NCBI GenBank assembly: GCA_918797485.1 | Contig: CAKKNE010000004.1 | Coordinates: 3,038,001-3,102,000 of the forward strand | Origin: Pelagomonas calceolata | Lineage: Eukaryota | Length of the DNA stretch: 64,000 nt | Reading direction: 5' to 3' | Shown here: in pieces, positions 11,055 through 21,246 of the stretch | How the letters are laid out: each line of letters opens with the position of its first letter | Position numbering within the stretch: the first letter of the stretch is position 1 | Notes under the pieces: model-generated | Databases searched by the model: none | Told to the model about the DNA's origin: nothing | The model's input: only the letters and a program-made list of their open reading frames with translations | Translations under genes and position numbers: made by a program

Positions 11055-13526
11055 ATGACTCAGTCTATAAAAGACCTGCTCATAGAGAAGTGTAAACTGC
11101 ACAAAGTCAATACGACTGGTTGCAAAAGCGCGGACGACTACCGACAAGCGCTGGATGAGCAGGCGCCGCAGTGGGAGCAGGAGGAAGAAAATGCGCCGCC
11201 GCGCCGCCGCCGCGCCGCGACCGAAACCGACAAGAAGCGGATGAGCGGGGAGGTGCAGCCACCGCTGGAGACGTCGTGCGCGAAGAAGCCGAAGCCGCCG
11301 CCGACGCTAGTCGCTACGAAACCGGACGTCAAGGAGCCGTCGGACGCGCTCGTGAAGGCGTGCGAAGCTGTATTAGCCAATCACGGCAAGCCGCCGCGGA
11401 AGGAGGGCGACCGGATCAAGTCTAGCGCGGTCTGGCTCGCCGTCAAGCGCGAATTTACCGTGACGGGACGGAGTGGGTATAGTCGTGACAGTGCACTATC
11501 TGACGCGACGCTCCTGCTCTACGAACGTTATGAGGCCATCGACGACGACACCGCGAGGGCGAACTCCCCGCTGCGTTGGCTCAACGCGGGCACCCAGATC
11601 AAACAAGGTAAGCAGCATCGCCCTGGGGGCAAGAAGAAGAAGAAGACTGAAGTGGACGCGATGGCGACGGAGGTCGCTACAGCTGTGGCGGCGGCGCGCA
11701 CGGCGAAGATCATGCACTCGGTGTACGGCAAAGGGGCCGTCGAGTTATCTGGCGAGGTGCACGGGCTCTTAGCGGAGTACACGCTCGTCAAGGTGCTGCG
11801 CGCGACGACGGTCCAGGAAGCGCTCCAGTGGGGCGTTGCTCCGCCGTGGCTGACTCAGGAGCAGGTCGCCGCATTCTGGCGCGTTCTCGCGATGGTCCAC
11901 CCGTTGACGCCGCTGTACGACATCAGGGAGGGCGCGCTCGTCCCCACTGGTCTGCCCCGCGTTGATTTCTGGATCGCGTTGGCGGAGCCGATCGCGCGGT
12001 GTGCCGCCTCGCTGCCGGAGTTCGCGTCGCTGCTGCCGCTCGTCGACTACATGTGCCCCGTCCACGTCAAGAAGAATGCGCCGGATTTCGGCCCGGGCGG
12101 CGGGGCCCACGCCGGCGCCACGCTGACGTCCGGCATCGAGGCGCACGCGCGGCGCTTCGTGAATCGGCGCAGCTCGATCGTGCGCGGCCCGGACGCGCTG
12201 CGGCGGTCGCCCACGGACGCGCACACCTACGCGCCGCGGGGCGTGGCGACGGACGAGCTCTCCTGCCCGACCGAGGGCCTCATCGCCAACGTCTCTTTGG
12301 CGATGAAGAACGGCGAGCTGGCCGTCGAGGGCGCGTTCATCGGCGCCACGCGCCACGAGACGTTCGACTTCGGCGACGACAACGCCGCGATGGTGACGAC
12401 CTTCACGACGAAGGCGGCGGCCGCCGGCCACGGCGACGCGCGCGACTGCAAGCGGTTCGAGCGCGAGAACGCCTTCGGCCACGCGCTCGCGGCGGCGTTC
12501 GTGGCGGCGGTGCTGAACGTCGCCGACCTGGCGCGGGTCTCGTCCTGGGTCCTCCGCGAGGCCATGCGCAAGCCGCCTTCCGCTTTTGTTCGGGAGCTTT
12601 ACCAGGACAACAAGGTCGTCGAGTGGGCCCAGCACGCGTTACCCGGGACTGGCCTGGAACTGGCGCTGCGCAACGCGTTGGTGGCGGCGGATCTGCGGCT
12701 CGAGATGGACAGAAAGGGCGGGGCGTACGACTCGGCGCTGCTGGCCTCTCGCGACGCGTTACTAGAGCGGCTTCGGGAGCGCGACGCGAGGCTCGAGTGG
12801 AAGGCGAAGGTGCATAAAGCGGTCGCCGTTGTGCATGGGGCGGGCGGCCTTGTTGGGACTGCTCGCAAGTGCTGCCTCGTCGTATGGACCGACCTGGGCT
12901 CCGGCCCCCAATTAATTAGTGCGGCGGACGCGCCGTTCTGCGTGGAGAACATCGAACGGACGCTCAAAGAGGCCCACGACCTCCACGTGATCCTCGACGC
13001 CCTCAGCACTACGGACGCGCGCGACGAGGCGTACGGCGAGTTCCTGAAGAAGAGCCCGTGGTTGCAGAACACGCGCCTCGGCGTCTGCTTTATTGGTGAC
13101 TTAGATAACGAGGGCAAGCCGCTGAAGGCGCACACGCGGCGCGTTTCTTTCGCCGCGGACTGGGCCATCGTCAAGACGGACATTCGCGCCGCGGTCGACT
13201 ACTGTCTCAAGCGCCGCGACGAGTGGCGCGTCGTGACGCCGGACGCCGATGAGTTAAGGCGCCTGGGCCCGCGCATGCCGACCGCCGATCCGATCAAGCT
13301 CGTGGTGCCGACCAGCGCGGGTGTCGCGACGGACATTACTCAGCCCGCGCCGCCGCTGCCGCCGCTCGTCGTGCAGCCGCGCGGCGACGCCGGAGGTCTC
13401 GCCGGCGCGCCAAAGCCGCCGCCGCTGCGCACGCCGAAGGCGCGGCCGACGCCGTGGAAGGAGAGCGTCGAGAGGGAGTCCATCGCCGCGGCGCGGCCGA
13501 AGAAGAAGGCTCGCCGCAAAAAGTAA
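11055..13526 (+). CDS. Hypothetical 823-aa protein with basic NLS-like patches
   Basis: Long intronless ORF with GC3-rich codons; no recognised domain. Confidence 0.65.
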   Translation: MTQSIKDLLIEKCKLHKVNTTGCKSADDYRQALDEQAPQWEQEEENAPPRRRRAATETDKKRMSGEVQPPLETSCAKKPKPPPTLVATKPDVKEPSDALVKACEAVLANHGKPPRKEGDRIKSSAVWLAVKREFTVTGRSGYSRDSALSDATLLLYERYEAIDDDTARANSPLRWLNAGTQIKQGKQHRPGGKKKKKTEVDAMATEVATAVAAARTAKIMHSVYGKGAVELSGEVHGLLAEYTLVKVLRATTVQEALQWGVAPPWLTQEQVAAFWRVLAMVHPLTPLYDIREGALVPTGLPRVDFWIALAEPIARCAASLPEFASLLPLVDYMCPVHVKKNAPDFGPGGGAHAGATLTSGIEAHARRFVNRRSSIVRGPDALRRSPTDAHTYAPRGVATDELSCPTEGLIANVSLAMKNGELAVEGAFIGATRHETFDFGDDNAAMVTTFTTKAAAAGHGDARDCKRFERENAFGHALAAAFVAAVLNVADLARVSSWVLREAMRKPPSAFVRELYQDNKVVEWAQHALPGTGLELALRNALVAADLRLEMDRKGGAYDSALLASRDALLERLRERDARLEWKAKVHKAVAVVHGAGGLVGTARKCCLVVWTDLGSGPQLISAADAPFCVENIERTLKEAHDLHVILDALSTTDARDEAYGEFLKKSPWLQNTRLGVCFIGDLDNEGKPLKAHTRRVSFAADWAIVKTDIRAAVDYCLKRRDEWRVVTPDADELRRLGPRMPTADPIKLVVPTSAGVATDITQPAPPLPPLVVQPRGDAGGLAGAPKPPPLRTPKARPTPWKESVERESIAAARPKKKARRKK

Positions 13527-13577
13527 TTTTTTTCTTTCTTAACTACAGAGACACTAAATATAAATTACATATCACGC

Positions 13578-14585
13578 TCACCAACGGCCGTGATGGGCCG
13601 CGTCTCGGATGTCCCAGTCCCGCTCGCCGAACTCGTCGTCGTTTGTGTCACACAGGAGGAACGAGAAGAAGCGGGCGACGTTTTCCGGGCTGTTTAGTCC
13701 GTCGACGGGCGGAGGCCCCCCTACCGTGGGCCCCCCTGCTGGCGTCGCCTCGGACAACCTGTGCGCATCAAACAGTGAGTCGGGGGCACCAGATAATTCT
13801 CCACAAAGTCATTTCTCCGCGACAACGCGGCCGCGATGACTGAATCGAGTGGTGTAGGACCACACCGCCACGCCATCGAGCTGGTGTCACGTCGCCGCGC
13901 CGCGACAATTTGATTTATGCACAGCGGACAAAAACCCGGTAAAATAATCGCGGATCGCGAAGGAGTCGTCCGTGTCCTCGACCAACCCGCGCATCATCTC
14001 CGTCGCCACGACGCCCGGCTGCGCCGAACCAAAAATAATACGTCCGGCGTACTCGTCCCGGAGCGACTCGTAGACCGACCGCAGCGCGGCCTTGGACGCG
14101 CAGTACGACAGCATGCCGTCGAAGCCCTGGTGCGCGCCGCCCGTCGACACGTGCAGCACGCGCGACCCCCTCGCGAGTTTCGGCATTAGCGCCTTCGTCA
14201 GGAACAAAGGTCCTTCCACGTTCGACGCCATCGTCGCCCGGAACCCGTCCAGCGTCAACGTGTCGAGGGGCCCGAGCGGGCCGGTGGTCGCGGCGTTGTG
14301 CACCACCACGGTGGGTGTCGTGCCGTCGAGACGGTCGGCGATGGCGCCGCGGCCCTCGGGCGTCGCCACATCCGCGACCACAGCATGAAATTTGTCGCCG
14401 CCTATCCGCGTCGCCGTCTCGCGCAGCGCGCCCTCGCGGCGGCCCACGCCGTACACCTCGATGCCGCGCTCGCACAACGCGGCCGCCGTCGCTCGTCCGA
14501 TGCCGGAACCGGCGCCAGTCACGATGGCTCGTTCAAACGCTACGGCATGCGCCGCCATGCTCAGGACGCGTCGCAGGGTTTTCAT
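13578..14585 (-). CDS. Short-chain dehydrogenase/reductase; intron 13759-13935
   Basis: TGAGSGIG, HNAA, YCASK; spliced C-terminus VARFFSFLL...WDIRD. Confidence 0.9.
13759..13924 (-). mobile_element. Introner element (CTGTGC-type terminal repeats), 7/8 TSD
   Basis: CTGTGCATAAATCAAA...TTTGATGCGCACAG flanked by cggacaac / cggacaaa; internal ccacgccatcga. Confidence 0.85.
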
Positions 14586-14924
14586 TGCCGCGCCGCGACA
14601 AATCAATATGCTGAGCCCTCTGCTGTGCTTAAATCAGTGTGTTGACGTGCCGCTCGGGCGACGCCAGCCGTGCACCTTCACGAGCCGGTGCAAAATGCAC
14701 TAATGCGACTACCCGCTTAAGTACAGCTACCGCTGTTCGCCACACGGCCCACAGCAGGCCGCCAGCACTGCGAGAGGGCCGGAGAGTCCAGGGCGACCTT
14801 TTGGGCTGCAGACGCGCGAGCAGTCATTGATCGCTCAAGCCCTCTCGAGAGCTTTGCCATTCAATAATCTCCGCGGCCAGGCGACCAGTGCATCGCTCAC
14901 GCCGCCGCGCCTCAAAAAAAAGCC

Positions 14925-15860
14925 ATGTCCATGAAACTGGTCAAGCAGCTGCGCCAGGCGACCGGCGCGCGACTGGTCGACTGCAAGGCCGCCGTCGAGG
15001 CGACGACGGGACTGGAGGAGGCCTTCCAGTGGCTGCGCGAGAAGGGCGCGAGCCGCGCGGCGAAGCTCGAGACGCGCACGGCCGCGCACGGCCTCGTGGC
15101 GGCGCGCGCTTTGAATGGCCGCGGCTGCCTCGTCGAGGTCAACTCCGAGACGGACTTCGTCGCGCGCAACGCCGAGTTCCAGCGCTTCGTGCGCGACCTC
15201 GTGGACGCGGCGCTGCGGAACTACGCGTCGCTGACGGCGCCCCAACGAGACGCGGGCGGCGCGGCGCTCGTACAAGGAGACGCGCTCAAGGCGTTGGACC
15301 TCCAAGGTACGCTGGTGACGGACGCCGCGCTGGCGCTGTCGGCCCACGTCGGCGAGCGCATCGACGTGCGACGGTGCGCGCTCGTCGAGGGCGCCCTGGT
15401 CTCGGCCTACGCGCACAACGGCGCAGACGGCGCGGGCACGGCGGCCGGCGTCGTCGTGGCCTGTGTCCTCTTTTTCCCCGTCTTCGTCCGTAGCTGCATC
15501 TGCTCGATGGCGTTGAGGTTCTCCACACAGGTCGCCTTAGACGGAGGCGACGACGATCTAGGCCGGCAGCTCGCGATGCACTGCGTCGCGGCGCGGCCGC
15601 TGGCCATTGATGTCGATGGCCTGCCTCCGTCACTACTGGACGCCGAGCGTGTTATCCTGGAGGCACAGCTGGCGGACTCGGACAAACCCGATGAAGTTGT
15701 GGAGAAAATATTAAAGGGGAAACTGAACAAGTTCGCCCAGGAGCGAGCGCTGCTGACGCAGGTCCACGTCGTGGACGGCAAGAAGCCGGTCCAGAAAGTG
15801 CTCAAGAAGGCGACGGTCGACGCCTTCGCCGTCTTTAGTGTGGGAGAGAATATAGAATAA
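14925..15860 (+). CDS. tsf: Elongation factor Ts (organellar); in-frame intron ~15453-15530
   Basis: VKQLRQATGA-DCKAA, EVNSETDFVARN, LAMHCVAARP. Confidence 0.9.
   Translation: MSMKLVKQLRQATGARLVDCKAAVEATTGLEEAFQWLREKGASRAAKLETRTAAHGLVAARALNGRGCLVEVNSETDFVARNAEFQRFVRDLVDAALRNYASLTAPQRDAGGAALVQGDALKALDLQGTLVTDAALALSAHVGERIDVRRCALVEGALVSAYAHNGADGAGTAAGVVVACVLFFPVFVRSCICSMALRFSTQVALDGGDDDLGRQLAMHCVAARPLAIDVDGLPPSLLDAERVILEAQLADSDKPDEVVEKILKGKLNKFAQERALLTQVHVVDGKKPVQKVLKKATVDAFAVFSVGENIE
15453..15530 (+). mobile_element. Decayed introner-derived intron
   Basis: GT 8 nt before CTGTGT; internal tgctcgatggcgt; ends CTCCACACAG. Confidence 0.7.
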
Positions 15861-15896
15861 CACATATGTCTGGGAGAGAATATAGAATAACACATA
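15841..15896 (+). repeat. 30-bp-period tandem duplication across the EF-Ts stop codon
   Basis: tgggagagaatatagaataacacata twice. Confidence 0.9.
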
Positions 15897-15903
15897 CGTT
15901 AGT

Positions 15904-16512
15904 TTAAACACTTGTTCCCGAATGGACGACCTCGCGCCCGAAGCGCGCGGCCTTTTCGGCTTTCGCGCGCGTGCGCTGCTCCAACCTATCTTTGCGGCGC
16001 TGCTCGAAGGCCTCGGTGATCTCCAGCAACCGCCGCTTCTCGGCGGCGGCGCGCTTGCGCTCGTCGCGCTGGCGCTGCGCTTTGCTCCGCGGCTTCGGGC
16101 TGCCCGTCGCGTTGTGGTCGGGCCCGAAGTCGGCGTGGAGCAGGGACTCGTAGCCCGTCGGCGGCTCCTCCTCTGCGGGAGCGTCGTCGGTCTGGTGGTC
16201 GTCGGCGAAGGGGTTGCGGACGTCGTCTTCCCGTCGCAGTCGTCGTCGCATCGGCTCTGGCCGTCGTTCCATGCGCGTGGCGGTCAGGCCCGCGAAGCCG
16301 AATAAGGCCAGAGCGAGGGCCGCGACCTGGCGCCGTCGTCTTAATCTAGGATCATGACTGACGTCGTGCGAGTGGCTCCGCGCCCGGTTCCGGCAGCACG
16401 CCTCCTCGAGGTCGACGCCGTAGTCGGTCGGGAGACCGCTCCAGCTCGGGTGCCGCGCGTGGAGGCCGCCGCCACTCAACATCTCGTCGTCGGAGGGCGT
16501 GCGGCGGTGCAT
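15904..16512 (-). CDS. Hypothetical single-pass membrane protein with coiled coil
   Basis: ORF with hydrophobic VAALALALFGFAGL and charged C-terminus. Confidence 0.6.
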   Translation of the reverse strand: MHRRTPSDDEMLSGGGLHARHPSWSGLPTDYGVDLEEACCRNRARSHSHDVSHDPRLRRRRQVAALALALFGFAGLTATRMERRPEPMRRRLRREDDVRNPFADDHQTDDAPAEEEPPTGYESLLHADFGPDHNATGSPKPRSKAQRQRDERKRAAAEKRRLLEITEAFEQRRKDRLEQRTRAKAEKAARFGREVVHSGTSV

Positions 16513-16917
16513 GTCGCCTGATTTTTGGCCAAGGGCCTTTTTGTCGCGCCGCGGCGGTCGACGGGCGCTCCCTTCGCGGTCGACCGGCTGCGCGGGCTGC
16601 CTCGAGGCCGTGACGGCGCGGGGGCAGCCGGAGGTGGCGTCAGGGCGCCGTGCGACACGGCGCCAAAAATGTCAGCCCTGCGCTGCTACCCCCCCATCAC
16701 TTTTTTCGAGCTGCAAGTTGGCAAAGTTTACCTTCAAACGCCAGCCGCGATCTTGCCCCGCCGAGGCCCCGGCGAGGCCGGCCAGTACTCCCCGACGCTC
16801 GACTGGCTGCCAACCGCCATTTGGTACATGTTGTGACGCGAATGTCAACCAAGGCTGGCTACTTCGAGTAGGATATGATACGAAATTTACACAATAGATA
16901 CAATTACCCCATCCGCA

Positions 16918-17406
16918 TCATCCGTCGCCAGACACATGCACATCACACAGCCGGGCCGCGCACGCGGCGACCGCGCCGCGACACTCGCGCGCCGCACAAA
17001 CCGCCTGAGCTTTACGAAACGCCGCCGCGACGCAGTCGCCGAGTTGCGGGTCCTTCTTCGCTTCTGCAGCGGCGCAGCCGGCGATCAATTCCGCGACTCG
17101 TGTTTCCACGAGCGACGCGTCGCCGCCACATTGGCGCAGCAGCGCAGGGCGCATGCGGTCTACATAGGGCAGGCAGACGCTCTCGCGCGCCGCGGCCATC
17201 ACGGCTTCTCGCAGAGGCCTGCATTCGGCTCGCGCGCTGCGCATCGCCGCGCGCTGGTCGCAAGGACCGCTTTTACCCACGCATTTGGTCACGGATTGCT
17301 GGCAGCGACCGCGCACGCAGGAGAGCAGGCGTGTGTGGATGTCAGCATCACCTTTGCTCAATGCCGAGACGACTCCTTCGGCAGCAGCGGTCGTGCCTGC
17401 ATCCAT
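16918..17406 (-). CDS. Hypothetical small Cys-rich helical protein
   Basis: ORF with many spaced Cys; upstream element lies 5' of it. Confidence 0.45.
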   Translation of the reverse strand: MDAGTTAAAEGVVSALSKGDADIHTRLLSCVRGRCQQSVTKCVGKSGPCDQRAAMRSARAECRPLREAVMAAARESVCLPYVDRMRPALLRQCGGDASLVETRVAELIAGCAAAEAKKDPQLGDCVAAAFRKAQAVCAARECRGAVAACAARLCDVHVSGDG

Positions 17407-17471
17407 AGCGGTGTCAGCTGCCGCTGTAGCGTCCTGGGAACACTGGCACACGCCTAAAAAGGGCTTGCAAC

Positions 17472-17526
17472 GCTAGCGTAGACAAGAGACACTAGGGATT
17501 GAGGCTAGTGTCTTACAGGCGCTAGC
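17472..17526. promoter_or_regulatory. Inverted pair of conserved upstream elements
   Basis: gctagcgtagacaagagacactag (variant, +) then gctagtgtcttacaggcgctagc (-). Confidence 0.7.
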
Positions 17527-17708
17527 CAGCTCCAAAGCACTTGAAGTGAACAACACGCTGGGAGCTCTTGCCGGGCAGATAACGCGGTGCAATCAGCCAG
17601 AAGATCGCGCAGCACTATTCAAGGCTGTGCTGCCGGCGAGAACGTTTCTCTCCAGCCTCCGTGACAGCTTGCAGCGCGTGCACTGCCCTGTGCAGCAGCG
17701 CTACTTGG

Positions 17709-18587
17709 ATGATCACCAAGTCCCTCCTACTACATAGCGTGCGCCTGCGCGGCAGCCGCACGCACTCCACGACGACCATGAGCGCGTCGCCGCTCTGGAC
17801 GTCGGCGAAGGTCTTTGCTGGATGCAACGGGTTAGGGTTGGGCATCTCGCTGGCCAAGGACACGCACACGCACCTGGACTTGATCGGGACGGGCGCCTTC
17901 GCCGTGGCCGCGTACGCTACAAAAGGCCCCACCGCCTCTTCGAGAACATCAGCACTCATGGTCGGTGCGTGGGCCACGCGATTGGCGTCCTTCCTCTTCT
18001 ACCGCGCGCTGGGCCATCGCGATGGGCGCCTCGAGGGCACGACGAAGACGCTACAAGGGTGTGTGGGCTTCTGGTTCGTGTCGTTCGTGTGGGGTTGGCT
18101 CACTTTACTGCCACACGCGCTCGGCGCCTCCGCACCGAAAGTCGAGAACAAGGTATTGAGAAGGTCGGGCCTGGCCTTGTTTGCGCTAGGTTTGGCGACA
18201 GAAGTCATGGCCGACTTCCAGAAGTTCTTTTTCAAGAGAAACCACAAGGGCTTTTGCGACGTGGGCCTGTGGTCGGTGTCGCAGCACCCGAACTGGTTCG
18301 GCAATCTTTGTTTGTGGAGCGGCATCACGCTGTACAACGCGCCGGGGCTCTCGCCCGTGAAACTGGCGCTCGCGGCGGCGTCGCCGGTCTTCCTGGGAGC
18401 GTTGTTCGGTGCCCAGGCCTCGGGGTCCCTGACGCCGGCCGTGGAGCTGTCGCAGGCGCGCTACGGCTCGGACCCGCGCTTCGCCGCGTATTTGGAGAAC
18501 ACGCCTTTATTCATGCCGCGCGTCGACAAGTGGCTCGCGGCGCTGGCGTCGGGGCTCGTCGGGAAGGGGTGGGGGCCGGAGTTGTAA
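17709..18587 (+). CDS. DUF1295 / steroid 5-alpha-reductase-like membrane protein
   Basis: WATRLASFLFYR, DGR, ADFQKFFFK, GLWSVSQHPNWFG. Confidence 0.85.
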   Translation: MITKSLLLHSVRLRGSRTHSTTTMSASPLWTSAKVFAGCNGLGLGISLAKDTHTHLDLIGTGAFAVAAYATKGPTASSRTSALMVGAWATRLASFLFYRALGHRDGRLEGTTKTLQGCVGFWFVSFVWGWLTLLPHALGASAPKVENKVLRRSGLALFALGLATEVMADFQKFFFKRNHKGFCDVGLWSVSQHPNWFGNLCLWSGITLYNAPGLSPVKLALAAASPVFLGALFGAQASGSLTPAVELSQARYGSDPRFAAYLENTPLFMPRVDKWLAALASGLVGKGWGPEL

Positions 18588-18785
18588 GAGTTCTCCTCTC
18601 ATTCGCGGCGCCTCGTCGATAGCGTTACCCTGCGGCTCCCGGTCTAGGCTCCCGGAACTCCCGCCGAGCCGCCGGCCAATTCCCAGATCCGCCTCGATGG
18701 CTTCCAAATTCAGAAGGACCAGTATCGAACAGAACGACACTCACAAACGGCTCCATGTCGCGTGCCCCACGCCTGCTAGGAATGC

Positions 18786-18806
18786 CTAGTGTCTTACACC
18801 GCTAGC
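18786..18806 (-). promoter_or_regulatory. Conserved upstream element
   Basis: ctagtgtcttacaccgctagc, ~120 bp before ATG 18927. Confidence 0.7.
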
Positions 18807-18926
18807 TTCGGCTCGTTCTCGTGTGCCTTCAGGGGTCGTTCCGCGCTGCCCTCACCCCATAGTCGTGCCTCCGGGGTCATTCCGGGCTGCCCCCGCCTAT
18901 AGAGGCGGGCGCGCTTCATTGTCATC

Positions 18927-20912
18927 ATGTCCAAGGAAGTCACGGTGACCTTCCAGGGCGAGCTCGGCATCGAGCTGAACGTCGACCGCGCCAGCGGCAC
19001 GGTGCGCATCAAGCGGGCCGAGGCCGACAGCCCGGCGAAGCCGCACGAGGGCGCCGCGCTCCGTTCCATCAATGGCAGGCCCGTCGGGAGGATCGACAAC
19101 AAGGCCGCGTGGCTCGCACTCGTGGAGCGTCTCAAGGCGCCGGCGCGGCCGCTCGTGCTGGCGCTCGCGGTGCCGGAGGACCCGGTCCAGCGCGCGCGGG
19201 CGGAGCTCGACGCGCTCGCGGCGTCCGCCAAGGCCGAGGCCGAGGCCGCGGCCGCCGCGAGCGCCCCGGCGCCAACGCGTGGACGGCGGCGGCGCTCGCG
19301 CTCGAGCTCGTCGAGCGTCTCGTCGAGCGACGACGAGGCCCGCCGCCGCAAGAAGAAGGCCATGAAGAAGGAGAAGCGCCAAAAGAAGGAGAAGAAGAAG
19401 AAAAAGCAGCGCCGCCACTCGTCGTCGTCGTCGCGGAGCCGCTCCCATTCGCCGAAGCGCGCCCGGCAGGACTCCGGCAGCGGCGCGGCGCTCGACGACC
19501 TATTGGGCGAGCCGGGCGTCGCCACCGCGCCGCCGCCCAGACCTCCGTCTCCATCGCGCTCGCGCTCGCGCTCGCACTCGCCGCGGCAACGGCGCAAGTC
19601 ATCCCCTCAGAAACCTCATGGCCCCTCACATCGAATGCGGGGCGTCTGCCAGTGGTTCGACAAAAAACACGGCTTCATCAAGCCCGACGGCGGCGGCGCC
19701 GACGTGTTCATGCACCAGACGGACCTTCGGAGCGGCACGGAAATTACGGAAGGTGATCATGTCGAATTCGGCACAGCGGACTACAAGGGGCGGGAGAAGG
19801 CCGTCGACGTCATCAAGGTGGACCCTGCCCCAACACATCGAAGGCAGGGCGTCTGCCAGTGGTTCGACCCCGAAAGAAAGAAAGGCTTTATCACGCCCGA
19901 CGGCGGCGGCGCCGACGTGTTTGTGCACCAGACGGGCCTGCGGAGCGGCACGGAAATTACGAAAGGTGATCATGTCGAATTCGGCACAGTGGACCAAGTG
20001 GACGGCGGACGGCGGCGGCGGCGGCAGACTAAGGCTGTGGACGTCATCAAGGTGGGCCCTGCCGCGGTGATCGCGCCCGCGCGTCCTCTCGTCGACACGG
20101 CGGAGTCGGCACCGACGGAAACCGCGCCGAAGGGCCCTTCCCTCGTAGAACTGGCCGGTCGTGCGGCGCGCGACGCCAGGTCACCGCGGTCGCGGTCGCG
20201 GTCGCGCCGGCGGTCGCGCCGGCGCTCACCTTCGAGGAGTGGCTCCCGCTCGCGGTCGCGGGGCCGCCGCCGCGACCGGCCGCCAACCAGCGCCCGGCGG
20301 CACCGCGGCGTCTACCGCGACGCTAAAGGCCATGAGTTGAAGAGATATGGCTTCATCACTGCGGATGTTGGTCCCACGGACATCTTCATGCACCTCGACG
20401 ACGTCCGGGAGGGCCATGTTGTCAAGAACGGGGATTCGGTGGAGTACACTGTCGTTCCCTGTCGGAAATCAGGCAAGGAGCGAGCCGCTGACGTCGTCAA
20501 GCTCCCTTCGTGGGTGCCCGACGGCACCATCGCCGCGCGGACGAAGAAAATGCTGGCGGGAGATCATTTTACGGGAGATCGTTTTTTTACGGGATATCAT
20601 AGTATCAAGGCGCAGTTCGACGACGGCACGCTGACGGTGCGGACGCTACGTGCCGCGGTAGCGGAATCCCTCGGCGTCGAGGAGGCTGCCGTCAAGAAAG
20701 TGGTGAAGCAGACCCTCACAGCCGCGCTCGAGGCGGCGAAGGCACGGTCGCCGCCTCAACCGCCGCCCTCCGAGGTGTCCGACGACTCCGGCGCCGCGGC
20801 ACCGGCGCTGGTGATCGACGTCGGCAGCCCGCGGAAGCGCGACCGATCTCGCGGGCGCGCGCCGACCGTCGACGCCGAGCTCTCGACGAAGCGCCGGAGT
20901 AGGCACTCCTGA
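18927..20912 (+). CDS. PDZ-like, RS-rich protein with three cold-shock domains and DEK-C-like end
   Basis: GVCQWFD-KHGFIKPDGGGADVFMHQT repeats; RS tracts; LTVRTLRAAVAESLGV. Confidence 0.8.
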   Translation: MSKEVTVTFQGELGIELNVDRASGTVRIKRAEADSPAKPHEGAALRSINGRPVGRIDNKAAWLALVERLKAPARPLVLALAVPEDPVQRARAELDALAASAKAEAEAAAAASAPAPTRGRRRRSRSSSSSVSSSDDEARRRKKKAMKKEKRQKKEKKKKKQRRHSSSSSRSRSHSPKRARQDSGSGAALDDLLGEPGVATAPPPRPPSPSRSRSRSHSPRQRRKSSPQKPHGPSHRMRGVCQWFDKKHGFIKPDGGGADVFMHQTDLRSGTEITEGDHVEFGTADYKGREKAVDVIKVDPAPTHRRQGVCQWFDPERKKGFITPDGGGADVFVHQTGLRSGTEITKGDHVEFGTVDQVDGGRRRRRQTKAVDVIKVGPAAVIAPARPLVDTAESAPTETAPKGPSLVELAGRAARDARSPRSRSRSRRRSRRRSPSRSGSRSRSRGRRRDRPPTSARRHRGVYRDAKGHELKRYGFITADVGPTDIFMHLDDVREGHVVKNGDSVEYTVVPCRKSGKERAADVVKLPSWVPDGTIAARTKKMLAGDHFTGDRFFTGYHSIKAQFDDGTLTVRTLRAAVAESLGVEEAAVKKVVKQTLTAALEAAKARSPPQPPPSEVSDDSGAAAPALVIDVGSPRKRDRSRGRAPTVDAELSTKRRSRHS

Positions 20913-21073
20913 GAATTTTGAACTGTTAATTGTAGAGTTACCATAGTACTACTAGTAGAAGAAGTACTACTAGGCTACAAGCACCTTACAACGGAGGAAG
21001 ATCCCCCACTAGTAGTACGGACCTCGAGCGCTTCGTCCATTTCGGGCTGCAAACGAACAGCGCACGCATTCGA

Positions 21074-21095
21074 GCTAGCGGCTGTAAGATACTAG
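21074..21095 (+). promoter_or_regulatory. Conserved upstream element
   Basis: gctagcggctgtaagatactag. Confidence 0.7.
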
Positions 21096-21246
21096 GCATC
21101 CCGCCAAGCTGCTTGTGTGGCCTTTTGCCCCCGCGCTGCTTAAGCAGGTGTACGCACAGGCCAGCATCGCTTCTGCGCGCGCAGAACAGCGCAAAGCAAA
21201 AGGAACGGGCTCAGCCTTGAGCCACAGCGGAAGCAGTAGCAGCATC

